Virus record (IMG/VR): IMGVR_UViG_2541047873_000007
Strand: one strand, 5' to 3'
Source: a virus
Taxonomy: Duplodnaviria > Heunggongvirae > Uroviricota > Caudoviricetes
DNA: 34,634 nt
The notes under the pieces were generated by a model. It saw only the letters and a program-made list of their open reading frames with translations. It ran no database searches and was not told where the DNA came from. Below, piece by piece: positions 19,411 to 26,602 of the stretch (position 1 is its first letter; each line of letters opens with the position of its first letter). Position numbers and translations under genes: made by a program.

Positions 19411-19952
19411 GTGGCAATCCCCAGAATCTCGCGACGAAGCGCCTGTACTGCGTCGCTTGACAGTCCCCCCTTACGGGCAATTTTCTCGGCGTTGCTGGCT
19501 GCCTGCTGCGCTCTGGCCCGTACTTCAGACTGGAACTTTTTGAGGTTGACGGACGCGCGGGACAGCGTAGCCACATTCTTCGCCACCTTCGACAGCAGGG
19601 CCACGCGTTCTTTAGGATCGACTTCGCCTTCTTCCGCCTCCTGCAACTGGACAATACTCTCGAACAGCTCGGTCTGAATAAGGGCTATCACAGCCTCCGA
19701 ACGCGCATCCTGATCGTCTGCTGCGCCTTCGGTCAGCATGCGGGCCGCTTCTGTTGCCGCACGGATAGCACCATAGCGGCGCTCAATCTTCTGTCCATAG
19801 CGATGGATAGCGGATTTGCTGATGACGTACCCCCGCTCACGCAGCAGGGACTCCAGCTCGTTATACCCGCTGAAGCCGGATTCAGTCAGCGCCCGTTCAA
19901 GCCAGCGGCGCACATCTTCCGGCAGCTTTTCTATTGTGCTGCGTCTGGCCAT
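19407..19952 (-). CDS. Terminase small subunit / DNA-binding protein (Mu gp27-like)
   Basis: 181 aa, basic helical N-terminus (MARRSTIEKLPEDVRRWLERAL...), immediately upstream of the large terminase. Confidence 0.6.
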   Translation of the reverse strand: MARRSTIEKLPEDVRRWLERALTESGFSGYNELESLLRERGYVISKSAIHRYGQKIERRYGAIRAATEAARMLTEGAADDQDARSEAVIALIQTELFESIVQLQEAEEGEVDPKERVALLSKVAKNVATLSRASVNLKKFQSEVRARAQQAASNAEKIARKGGLSSDAVQALRREILGIAT

Positions 19953-20263
19953 TATTCACTCCAGTACTTTTCCGGGCGGGCAATACCCGGACCACATTCC
20001 ACGGTGTATTCCACCAGGTCTACGCCGAGGCGGGTCAGGTCAGCAAACCAGTCGCCAGAAGGTTTTTTCTCCAGATCAACCATTTTACGGTCAGCCAGAT
20101 AATCCAGTTCGCGGCGCAGTTCCAGCGGTGTGGTGTCCGGGTAGATGGCACGGGACACATCCAGCAGCAGCGTCTCGCTGGCGGTGTAAGGGCGGGTCTT
20201 GTTCAGGGCAACCAGCAGACTCCAGCGCAGGGATTCGCGGCGTACCCGGGTAATATCGACCAT
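19952..20263 (-). CDS. Hypothetical protein (Mu gp26 position)
   Basis: 103-aa ORF, co-directional and overlapping its neighbours. Confidence 0.4.
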   Translation of the reverse strand: MVDITRVRRESLRWSLLVALNKTRPYTASETLLLDVSRAIYPDTTPLELRRELDYLADRKMVDLEKKPSGDWFADLTRLGVDLVEYTVECGPGIARPEKYWSE

Positions 20264-20589
20264 TATTGACCTCCGGTATTGCGGTACTGCTGTACCACTT
20301 CCAGTTTGTTATAAAGCGCGTCCAGTTTGGCCTCAATGACTGTCTGGCCACGGATATAATCCTCTCGACGGACATAATTCAGCGGTAAATCCGCTTTAAA
20401 TCGCATAAATTCTTTTTCCAGCTCGCCCCAGTTGGAGGCGGATTGTTGCAGGGCCTGTTCAAGGGAGGCGAATCGTGCCGCCTGGCGTTCTTCTGTTTTA
20501 CTGAACAACCATTTGGCGAGCCCTCCCACAAACCCCATGAAGGTGAGCAGAAAACTCACCACCGTCCAGAATTCAACCTGCAGTGTCAT
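20263..20589 (-). CDS. Membrane-anchored coiled-coil protein (Mu gp25 position, lysis-associated)
   Basis: 108 aa with an N-terminal transmembrane segment (FWTVVSFLLTFMGFVGGLAKWLF) then a helical region. Confidence 0.45.
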   Translation of the reverse strand: MTLQVEFWTVVSFLLTFMGFVGGLAKWLFSKTEERQAARFASLEQALQQSASNWGELEKEFMRFKADLPLNYVRREDYIRGQTVIEAKLDALYNKLEVVQQYRNTGGQ

Positions 20590-21236
20590 TTCTGTAATCC
20601 TTCCCGTTCATCCAGTAACGCGTTTATCTGGTTCCGCCAGCGACGACATTGTCCTGCGTTGTCGATGATGTTGGCGAGAACGTCACGCTGGGAGACACCC
20701 GAATCGCGTAACCGGGTGTCAGTGGTTTCAGGTTGCCCGGTCGCTGTGCCAGAGCGGGTGCCAGCGGCGGCAACTGAGTCTGAATGACCGGTGTCGACGG
20801 ATGCGTTGTCATATCCGAGTGCGGCGTTGTACTGGCGCACGAAACCGCGAGTAAACACGCACTCAATGGGATGGCTCTTACCTTTTTCATCAATCCAGCG
20901 CTGTGTGACATCGTTAATTTGCCCCTGTAGTTGTTTATTCCGGCTCTCCAGTTGAGCAATCTGCTCAAGATAACCGGCTTCAGCCCGCTGCCCGGCGGCC
21001 ACCTGCTCCTGATACCGTCTGGCCCAGGCCCGCAGCGCAGCATTCTCAAGCGTTGCCTGCTCCGTTTTGTACGCGTCAAATGCTGACTGCAACTGACTGA
21101 GCGCGGTATCACCGTCACGCTTTGCAGAGTCATGACCACTTCTGTATCCCATGGCATACAGGCCGACCAGAAAGGCATTGATAAGAATGGCCAGCAGAAT
21201 GCCGCGCCACGGCAGCTTTTTAACCAGATGCCACAC
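20586..21236 (-). CDS. i-spanin (Rz-like)
   Basis: Short N-terminus, transmembrane segment WRGILLAILINAFLVGLYAM, long coiled-coil periplasmic domain; start ambiguous (GTG 21236 proposed, in-frame ATG 21338 would overlap the endolysin). Confidence 0.55.
   Translation of the reverse strand: MWHLVKKLPWRGILLAILINAFLVGLYAMGYRSGHDSAKRDGDTALSQLQSAFDAYKTEQATLENAALRAWARRYQEQVAAGQRAEAGYLEQIAQLESRNKQLQGQINDVTQRWIDEKGKSHPIECVFTRGFVRQYNAALGYDNASVDTGHSDSVAAAGTRSGTATGQPETTDTRLRDSGVSQRDVLANIIDNAGQCRRWRNQINALLDEREGLQK
20624..20890 (-). CDS. o-spanin (Rz1-like lipoprotein) embedded in the i-spanin gene
   Basis: 88 aa in the alternate frame starting MKKVRAIPLSAC (lipobox LSAC), proline-rich mature part; ATG at 20890. 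Confidence 0.55.
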   Translation of the reverse strand: MKKVRAIPLSACLLAVSCASTTPHSDMTTHPSTPVIQTQLPPLAPALAQRPGNLKPLTPGYAIRVSPSVTFSPTSSTTQDNVVAGGTR

Positions 21237-21960
21237 AACTGCTGCCTCCCCATGTGAGATATCGCGGTGCCAGTTCGCGCAGGATGCGCTGCGGATAATG
21301 GCGGTTCTCCCGCCAGCTGGCCGCATTGCGTCCGGCATTCACCGTGGCGACATGTCCGAACCAGCGGGTGCTGTCCAGACCTTTCTGTGATGCAAGCCGC
21401 CTGTCCCGTTGTACCCAGCCCAGACCACCGTTATAGCCCGACAGTGTCATGGCCATACGCTCGCAGTCACTGGCGGCGCTGACACGCTGCCACAGCCAGC
21501 GGTCATAGCTGACCAGCGCCCGGATAGCCCATGCCGGATTAAACGGCTCACGACTGCTCAGCATCGGTATCAACTGGCTTATCCAGTCGGCAGTGGCAGG
21601 CATGAACTGCGCCAGTCCCTGAGCGCCAGCCGGCGAGATCGCATCAGGTCGCCAGCCGCTTTCCTGATGCAGTTGCGCGGCGAAATCGGCCACCGGCGCA
21701 GACAGTCCCCATTCAAGCCGGGCATTACGGATCACATCATCGCGATACTGCAGCGCAGCCTGCGGAGGTTGTGCTGCGCATGCCTGGCTAAAAAAGCCGC
21801 CACACCAGAGCAACATTGCGACAAAGAATACCCATGCCATATGAACCAGAAAGGTCCCGGCGCGGACTGACAGGCGTTCGGTTCTGATGAAGACCCGAAA
21901 GGCTTCGAAAGCCAGTTTCAGGGACATGCATACAATCCAGGTGATCTGCGGCCAGTTCAT
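21220..21960 (-). CDS. Endolysin, lytic transglycosylase type, with N-terminal hydrophobic region
   Basis: Motif QLHQESGWRPDAISPAGAQGLAQFMP (catalytic Glu-Ser, SLT-like); N-terminal MAWVFFVAMLLWCGGFF signal or signal-anchor-like segment. Confidence 0.8.
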   Translation of the reverse strand: MNWPQITWIVCMSLKLAFEAFRVFIRTERLSVRAGTFLVHMAWVFFVAMLLWCGGFFSQACAAQPPQAALQYRDDVIRNARLEWGLSAPVADFAAQLHQESGWRPDAISPAGAQGLAQFMPATADWISQLIPMLSSREPFNPAWAIRALVSYDRWLWQRVSAASDCERMAMTLSGYNGGLGWVQRDRRLASQKGLDSTRWFGHVATVNAGRNAASWRENRHYPQRILRELAPRYLTWGGSSCVASG

Positions 21961-21962
21961 GA

Positions 21963-22313
21963 TTAAAGCCCCATCGCAACAGCCAGGCAGACCGCTGCAA
22001 CAATCAGTGCACGGCGGATTAACGCAGCAGAAAACACCAGGTGAAGGCCGGTCTGTACCGGGAAACGCCCTTCAGCCATCAGCCTGTCGTCATGTTTCAG
22101 GTACTGACCGGGACGGGCTTTGGGGAAGAGCGAACGGTCAAGCCAGTAACCCAGCACTGCTGCCAGCGTGATGAGTGCCAGCTTGTAGATCACAACAGGC
22201 AGCTGCTGTGGTGAGACCAGAGCGATGGTGCCCAGCAACAGCACTGAGGTCAGCAGCCAGCCGCTGAGGCGAGGTTTTTTAACAGGGGGAATGAATTTTT
22301 TCAGGTTTTTCAT
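21963..22313 (-). CDS. Holin candidate (three predicted transmembrane segments)
   Basis: 116 aa from ATG 22313 with AAGGAG 7 nt upstream; three hydrophobic helices; immediately upstream of the endolysin. Confidence 0.45.
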   Translation of the reverse strand: MKNLKKFIPPVKKPRLSGWLLTSVLLLGTIALVSPQQLPVVIYKLALITLAAVLGYWLDRSLFPKARPGQYLKHDDRLMAEGRFPVQTGLHLVFSAALIRRALIVAAVCLAVAMGL

Positions 22314-22363
22314 GTGTGTCTCCTTATCTGGTGGAGACAGCATCACAAATACAGGGCGCGAAG

Positions 22364-22386
22364 GATTTTAAAGCGCGTTAAGAGAG
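22364..22386 (-). promoter_or_regulatory. Late promoter/activator-site motif C (GATTTTAAAGCGCGTTAAGAGAG), upstream of the holin/lysis operon
   Basis: Shares GATwTTAAAG...TTAAGA with A and B; 51 nt upstream of ATG 22313. Confidence 0.45.
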
Positions 22387-22443
22387 CCGGGGATACGGGA
22401 TGTGCAGGATAAACGATGAATTATTCACAGAGGAGAATACGAT

Positions 22444-22920
22444 ATGACGCACACACTGAATCCGGTCATCACTGTCACTGTGTCCGGTCCTGTGGGCAGC
22501 GGTAAAAGTTACGTACTGGCGCGGATAGAAGAGATGGTGAAACAGGAACTCGGAAACAGCGTCATTGTCGATGCTGCTGACGTGGAGAATGAGCGCCGTA
22601 TGAATGGCGAAGATCTGACGACCTGGCAGAAGCCACGGGGTGGCACAGTGATCAGGCTGGAGGAATACACGGGACAGGGCCTGTTGTCATACGGCGAGGA
22701 GCGTATCTGTCGGACGAATGAGCTGCTGGATGTTATATGCCCCACGGGCCGGCAACCCTGGATACTGCCCGATGCACTGCATGCCACCATTGCGGCACTG
22801 ATGACAGTTTACGATCAGGAGCTGCTCATGAAGGAGTTACGTAAACTCACCGGTCAGCCAACAGAATGTTGTTCGTCTCCGAAGTACGGCAAACAGGAAA
22901 ACGCCCCGGATAATCCTTAA
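22444..22920 (+). CDS. Small P-loop NTPase-like protein with Cys-rich C-terminal half
   Basis: 158 aa; Walker A GPVGSGKS, candidate Walker B SVIVD; GAGGAG upstream of ATG 22444; convergent with the membrane-protein operon. Confidence 0.5.
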   Translation: MTHTLNPVITVTVSGPVGSGKSYVLARIEEMVKQELGNSVIVDAADVENERRMNGEDLTTWQKPRGGTVIRLEEYTGQGLLSYGEERICRTNELLDVICPTGRQPWILPDALHATIAALMTVYDQELLMKELRKLTGQPTECCSSPKYGKQENAPDNP

Positions 22921-22939
22921 GATACCTCCTGAACAGAAA

Positions 22940-22955
22940 CAGCCCTGAAGGGCTG
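22940..22955 (-). terminator. Hairpin CAGCCC-TGAA-GGGCTG between the convergent accessory genes
   Basis: Perfect 6-bp stem directly after the stop of the 196-aa gene; minus strand then reads TTTCTGTTC. Confidence 0.4.
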
Positions 22956-22957
22956 CA

Positions 22958-23539
22958 CTAAAAAAAGAAGTGTATTATTGCCCAAACAGCTATAACGATG
23001 ATTCCCAGCCCAAGAGCCGATTCTAACTTATCTTTGGCAGTCATTTTTACTGTTGTAGCGGGCGCAGGTAAGTCTTGCTGCTGTGGATTTTCTGTTAGTT
23101 GTTTACGAGAAGAAACATCGCCCCTGTTAGTTTGCTTCATGTTGATTACAGATGCGTTATGGGCATTATCAGCAGCAATTGACTGAAGTTTTACAAAAGT
23201 TTTTGAATCTGTTTTAGCCAGAAGTAACCTATTTCCCGTAAACATTGCCTTAAAAGTGATAGTTTTTTTCGTCTTGTCCGCCGCACCAAGCAAACCTCCA
23301 ATGACCAACCCTGCACCACCAAAGATTAATCCACCAAGCAAACCTGCGCCTGCCGCCTTACCTATACGGCTTTCCTCTTCACTATCCGCAAGTTCAATCG
23401 ATAAAAGCTCTTCTTTCAGATTTAATACAATATTTTCAGGAAAGCCTTGTTTTGGTTTTTTGGCAAACACGATGGTACCGAACCCCATGCTTGCCCACCC
23501 TTTAGGAAAACTTCCTGCGATAACCTGAATCCCTGCCAT
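22958..23539 (-). CDS. Membrane protein with glycine-zipper segment (accessory)
   Basis: Central GKAAGAGLLGGLIFGGAGLVIGGLLGA and C-terminal LGLGIIVIAVWAIIHFFF hydrophobic segments; likely start ATG 23539 (AAGGTG 6 nt upstream), the track start 23548 being a GTG. Confidence 0.5.
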   Translation of the reverse strand: MAGIQVIAGSFPKGWASMGFGTIVFAKKPKQGFPENIVLNLKEELLSIELADSEEESRIGKAAGAGLLGGLIFGGAGLVIGGLLGAADKTKKTITFKAMFTGNRLLLAKTDSKTFVKLQSIAADNAHNASVINMKQTNRGDVSSRKQLTENPQQQDLPAPATTVKMTAKDKLESALGLGIIVIAVWAIIHFFF

Positions 23540-23629
23540 GTTCATCACCTTTTACATTAAAATTTCAGAACGCAGCATGATGCCGCCTTTGTCTTTTTTC
23601 TGATCCCATGGTAATTCAGCTGTTATTTT

Positions 23630-24616
23630 CTATTTAAGAATAAAACGGTATTTACTGTCAGGAGTGCTTTGCTGATCAAGTAGCAGTGAACGACATGGAG
23701 CAGTCAAAACCCGAGCATAACTACCATCAGGGCTTATGTTAATGTAACAAACCTTGCCCTTAACACTATAATTTTCGGGGACGGATGCCTTTGCTGATAC
23801 AGTAAATTTAAGGGTATGCCAGCCCGTTTTTTGCTTGTAGCTTGAAACCGAATGGAAATCATCTGAGTACTTATTTAACCCTGGAAACATGCTGCGCAGT
23901 GCGGGGATGGAATCTTCTATTATTTTATCGTTGGTTTTAATGTTAAAAACGCTGGTTTCAGTAGAAGCTACTGCTTTGGCATTTCCCCATTTACCAGCGA
24001 ACACAATCATTCCCACGAAAAATATTGCTACAAGAACTAACACTCCCCCCAACACTACTACATGAGGCTTCCGGCTTCTGGTTGGTACAGTTGCGACTGA
24101 TTTTGCACCGCTTTCCGATGGAGGTGATAGAGTTTTACTCTCATCACGAATATTCAGCAGATCATCAAAATAACCAAACACAGCCTGCAACTGCTCTTTG
24201 TCTAGGCCTTTAAGATGGGTTGTACCGAAATGCTTCAGACAGTATCTGTCACGGTCAAGACGATACCCAGGGTCAGTAAGCGCCATTATTTTGCTGACCA
24301 GAAGATTACAGTCCTTCATATTCTGGATCTGTTGTGCATATCTCTGAAGGATCTCAACCGCACCATGATAATCAGCCGCAGTCATTTCATTAACTGTTTT
24401 GGTATTAAGTTTCGTGTGGATCGTCATCCATAGCTCGCGCTTACTTTCCCCCAGATCAACCAATTCATCCATCAATCTGTGTAAATCGCGTTTTTGCAGC
24501 AACGAAATTGGTTGCTGGGCCGAAGGAAGTATGTCAGCAGAATAGTTATGAATGGTAACATCACCGCTGACAACGTTACCCACATCCCCGTTAACTGTTT
24601 GCTTCTCTTTACTCAT
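23630..24616 (-). CDS. Single-pass membrane protein with cytoplasmic N-domain and extracytoplasmic C-domain (accessory)
   Basis: 328 aa; transmembrane segment VVVLGGVLVLVAIFFVGMIVFAG; ATG 24616 overlaps the repressor stop (ATGA); AT-rich. Confidence 0.5.
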   Translation of the reverse strand: MSKEKQTVNGDVGNVVSGDVTIHNYSADILPSAQQPISLLQKRDLHRLMDELVDLGESKRELWMTIHTKLNTKTVNEMTAADYHGAVEILQRYAQQIQNMKDCNLLVSKIMALTDPGYRLDRDRYCLKHFGTTHLKGLDKEQLQAVFGYFDDLLNIRDESKTLSPPSESGAKSVATVPTRSRKPHVVVLGGVLVLVAIFFVGMIVFAGKWGNAKAVASTETSVFNIKTNDKIIEDSIPALRSMFPGLNKYSDDFHSVSSYKQKTGWHTLKFTVSAKASVPENYSVKGKVCYINISPDGSYARVLTAPCRSLLLDQQSTPDSKYRFILK

Positions 24617-25074
24617 CTTCTCTTGGTATTTTTGTTCATTATTCCACCTGTTCCTATGGTTACGTTACCTTTGATAACATTCCCCAGAACATCTCCATGA
24701 ATAACCTGTTCCGCCCGTTCTCTGGAGGAGCCAGTAGTCAAGGCCGACAAAACTGAACCTTTGACCTGTAATGGTGCCTGCCGGTAGTGCTGCAGTAACT
24801 CCATTTCATCACGTGATAAAGTTATACCTGATGACTCCCCGGTAAGAATGAACTGTACATTGGCCCCAATTCTTGCAAAGGCTGCAAGTAACTCACCTCC
24901 GGGAACAGCAACCCCTCGTTCATATTTCCCCCACATTTCTCTTGAAACGCCACAAAGGGCTGCTACTTCAGCCTGCTTGAGTGATAACCGCGAACGCTCA
25001 GCTTTGAACCGCGACGCGCAAAGAGAATCAAAATTCACATAAACCTCATTGACAATGAGAACAATAGTTCTCAT
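24613..25074 (-). CDS. XRE-family HTH repressor (phage c-like), non-LexA-type C-terminus
   Basis: HTH LSLKQAEVAALCGVSREMWGKYERG; divergent from the ner-like gene; no S24 peptidase motif visible. Confidence 0.7.
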   Translation of the reverse strand: MRTIVLIVNEVYVNFDSLCASRFKAERSRLSLKQAEVAALCGVSREMWGKYERGVAVPGGELLAAFARIGANVQFILTGESSGITLSRDEMELLQHYRQAPLQVKGSVLSALTTGSSRERAEQVIHGDVLGNVIKGNVTIGTGGIMNKNTKRR

Positions 25075-25077
25075 AAT
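25049..25077 (+). promoter_or_regulatory. Early promoter Pe candidate (TTGACA-17 bp-CATAAT) for the ner-to-mor operon
   Basis: Consensus -35 at 25049-25054 and near-consensus -10 at 25072-25077; RBS AAGGAG and ner ATG follow at 25113 and 25125. Confidence 0.55.
25055..25074. promoter_or_regulatory. Operator candidate: palindrome ATGAGAAC-AATA-GTTCTCAT
   Basis: Perfect 8-bp inverted arms spanning the Pe spacer and including the repressor start codon (revcomp of 25072-25074). Confidence 0.45.
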
Positions 25078-25124
25078 CTATCACATATAAAACAAACATC
25101 ATTGCATCAACAAAGGAGACAACA

Positions 25125-25313
25125 ATGACTTCCGAACAAGTTAAAAATCTCTTCCGTCAGCGTGGTATCACGTTTACCCGCTGGGCCGAAGAACACGGCT
25201 ACAGCCGCAATGAGGTCTATCGTGTTCTCAATGGACAGACCAAAGCTCGTTACGGCAAAGCCCATGAAATTGCCGTAAAACTGGGATTAAAACCCACGTC
25301 AAATGCGGCATAA
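25125..25313 (+). CDS. ner: Ner-like DNA-binding regulator
   Basis: 62 aa, ...FTRWAEEHGYSRNEVYRVLNGQTKARYGKAHEIAVKLGL..., Ner/Nlp-like; AAGGAG RBS; divergent from the repressor. Confidence 0.8.
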   Translation: MTSEQVKNLFRQRGITFTRWAEEHGYSRNEVYRVLNGQTKARYGKAHEIAVKLGLKPTSNAA

Positions 25314-25365
25314 ATTTTCCACATATGCAACAGGTTATCACATATTGCAAAAATGGAAATGTGAC

Positions 25366-25674
25366 ATGAGTAAAGTAAATATTTCCAGTTCTGGGACCCG
25401 CATCCTACGTGTACTCAAAGCTCTACGCGGTCATGCTCTGAACGGTGTTTCTAACGGTGAACTGGCATCAGCCCTGGGGGAGTCCCCGGCGAATATCAAT
25501 CGAGCACTTAATACCCTTATTGAAGAGGGACTGGCCATGAAATTAGAGAACGGACGTTTCGCACCGGGAATCCAGTTACTACAGATCGCCATGGCTCACA
25601 GTCACGAGATGGCGCGTGCACAGGATCGTATTAACGAAATCAACCAACGAGTTATTTCAGGTAGTCGTTTGTAA
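25366..25674 (+). CDS. Winged-helix DNA-binding protein
   Basis: TRILRVLKALRGHALNGVSNGELASALGESPANINRALNTLIEEGLA resembles a wHTH; start 25366 or 25303 uncertain. Confidence 0.45.
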   Translation: MSKVNISSSGTRILRVLKALRGHALNGVSNGELASALGESPANINRALNTLIEEGLAMKLENGRFAPGIQLLQIAMAHSHEMARAQDRINEINQRVISGSRL

Positions 25675-25684
25675 GGAGTAATCA

Positions 25685-26599
25685 ATGGGACGCACCAAAT
25701 CACCCGTTAACACTGAACTGAATGTTGAGGTTCCGCTGTCAGATAACATCAATGTCAATTTGAACGCTATGACACAGCATCGCATGGAAATTATGCAGCA
25801 GTTTGGTGATGGACTGCCTTATGAACGTGATCGCATTGTTCACGAAGCACGTTTTTATATGGCGCAGAGTGCTGAATCTATGCTGGAAGCGGGTAAGCGG
25901 CTGATCATCTTAAAAGAAAATGAGCCACACGGTGATTTTACAAACATTTTAGAAAATGAACTCGGACTTGCACCACAAGTTGCTCGCCGCATGATGCAAG
26001 CCAGTATGAAGTTTTTGGGAGAAGGTGATGAGCCAACAAAACGCTCAACGTTGAGCGTTTTGGGGAAAGCCAAACTGTACGACCTGATGGTTCTGGATAA
26101 TGAAGAACTTGATGAATTGGCCGACGGCGGCACAGTTGCCGGCCTGACGCTTGACGACGTTGATCGCATGTCAGTACGTGAATTGCGTCAGGCCCTGCGC
26201 GAAGCGCGCGAAACCAACGCAGCACAACAGCGCGTACTCGCTGACAAAAATGAAAAAATAGACTCACTCTCCACCAGACTGGAGAAGAAATCCCGTATTC
26301 AGCCGCCTGAGCCTGATGAAGAGGTTAAGAAGCTGCGGGCGGAAGTGACAGCATTAGCGGTTGAGGCGGAATCTGCTATCGCCGTTCGACTGTCCAGCGC
26401 TTTTGAGACGCTGTGCGCATATTGTGCTGAAAACATGATTGATACCCCCAGAGACTTCATGGCAGGCCTGGTCTGTCAACTGGAAAGCACAGCGCGTAGC
26501 CTGCGCTCCACATTTGACCTGCCGGATGAGCCAACAGGCAATGCCGCGCCTTCATGGCTGACTGAGCCGACGCCACAGATTAACGGGCTGGAGGCATAA
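25685..26599 (+). CDS. Hypothetical early protein with coiled-coil segments
   Basis: 304 aa, AAGGAG RBS, between the wHTH gene and the transposase; no confident motif. Confidence 0.45.
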   Translation: MGRTKSPVNTELNVEVPLSDNINVNLNAMTQHRMEIMQQFGDGLPYERDRIVHEARFYMAQSAESMLEAGKRLIILKENEPHGDFTNILENELGLAPQVARRMMQASMKFLGEGDEPTKRSTLSVLGKAKLYDLMVLDNEELDELADGGTVAGLTLDDVDRMSVRELRQALREARETNAAQQRVLADKNEKIDSLSTRLEKKSRIQPPEPDEEVKKLRAEVTALAVEAESAIAVRLSSAFETLCAYCAENMIDTPRDFMAGLVCQLESTARSLRSTFDLPDEPTGNAAPSWLTEPTPQINGLEA

Positions 26600-26602
26600 C
26601 CA

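Noticed and set aside
20624-21253. 209-aa ORF as a single protein
   Set aside because: Only the C-terminal 88 codons (from MKKVRAIPLSAC) look like a lipoprotein o-spanin; the upstream part is alternate-frame read-through of the i-spanin and endolysin region.
24613-25074. LexA/cI-type autocleaving repressor
   Set aside because: No S24 peptidase-like Ser/Lys motif in the C-terminal half; induction is probably not by RecA-stimulated autocleavage.
22314-25124. Two adjacent or nested prophages, with a second set of ends between the late and early arms
   Set aside because: Each functional module occurs once (one repressor, one transposase/ATPase pair, one lysis cassette, one structural set) and the divergent layout matches the BcepMu-type organisation; no end-like repeat array was seen here. 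This remains testable.
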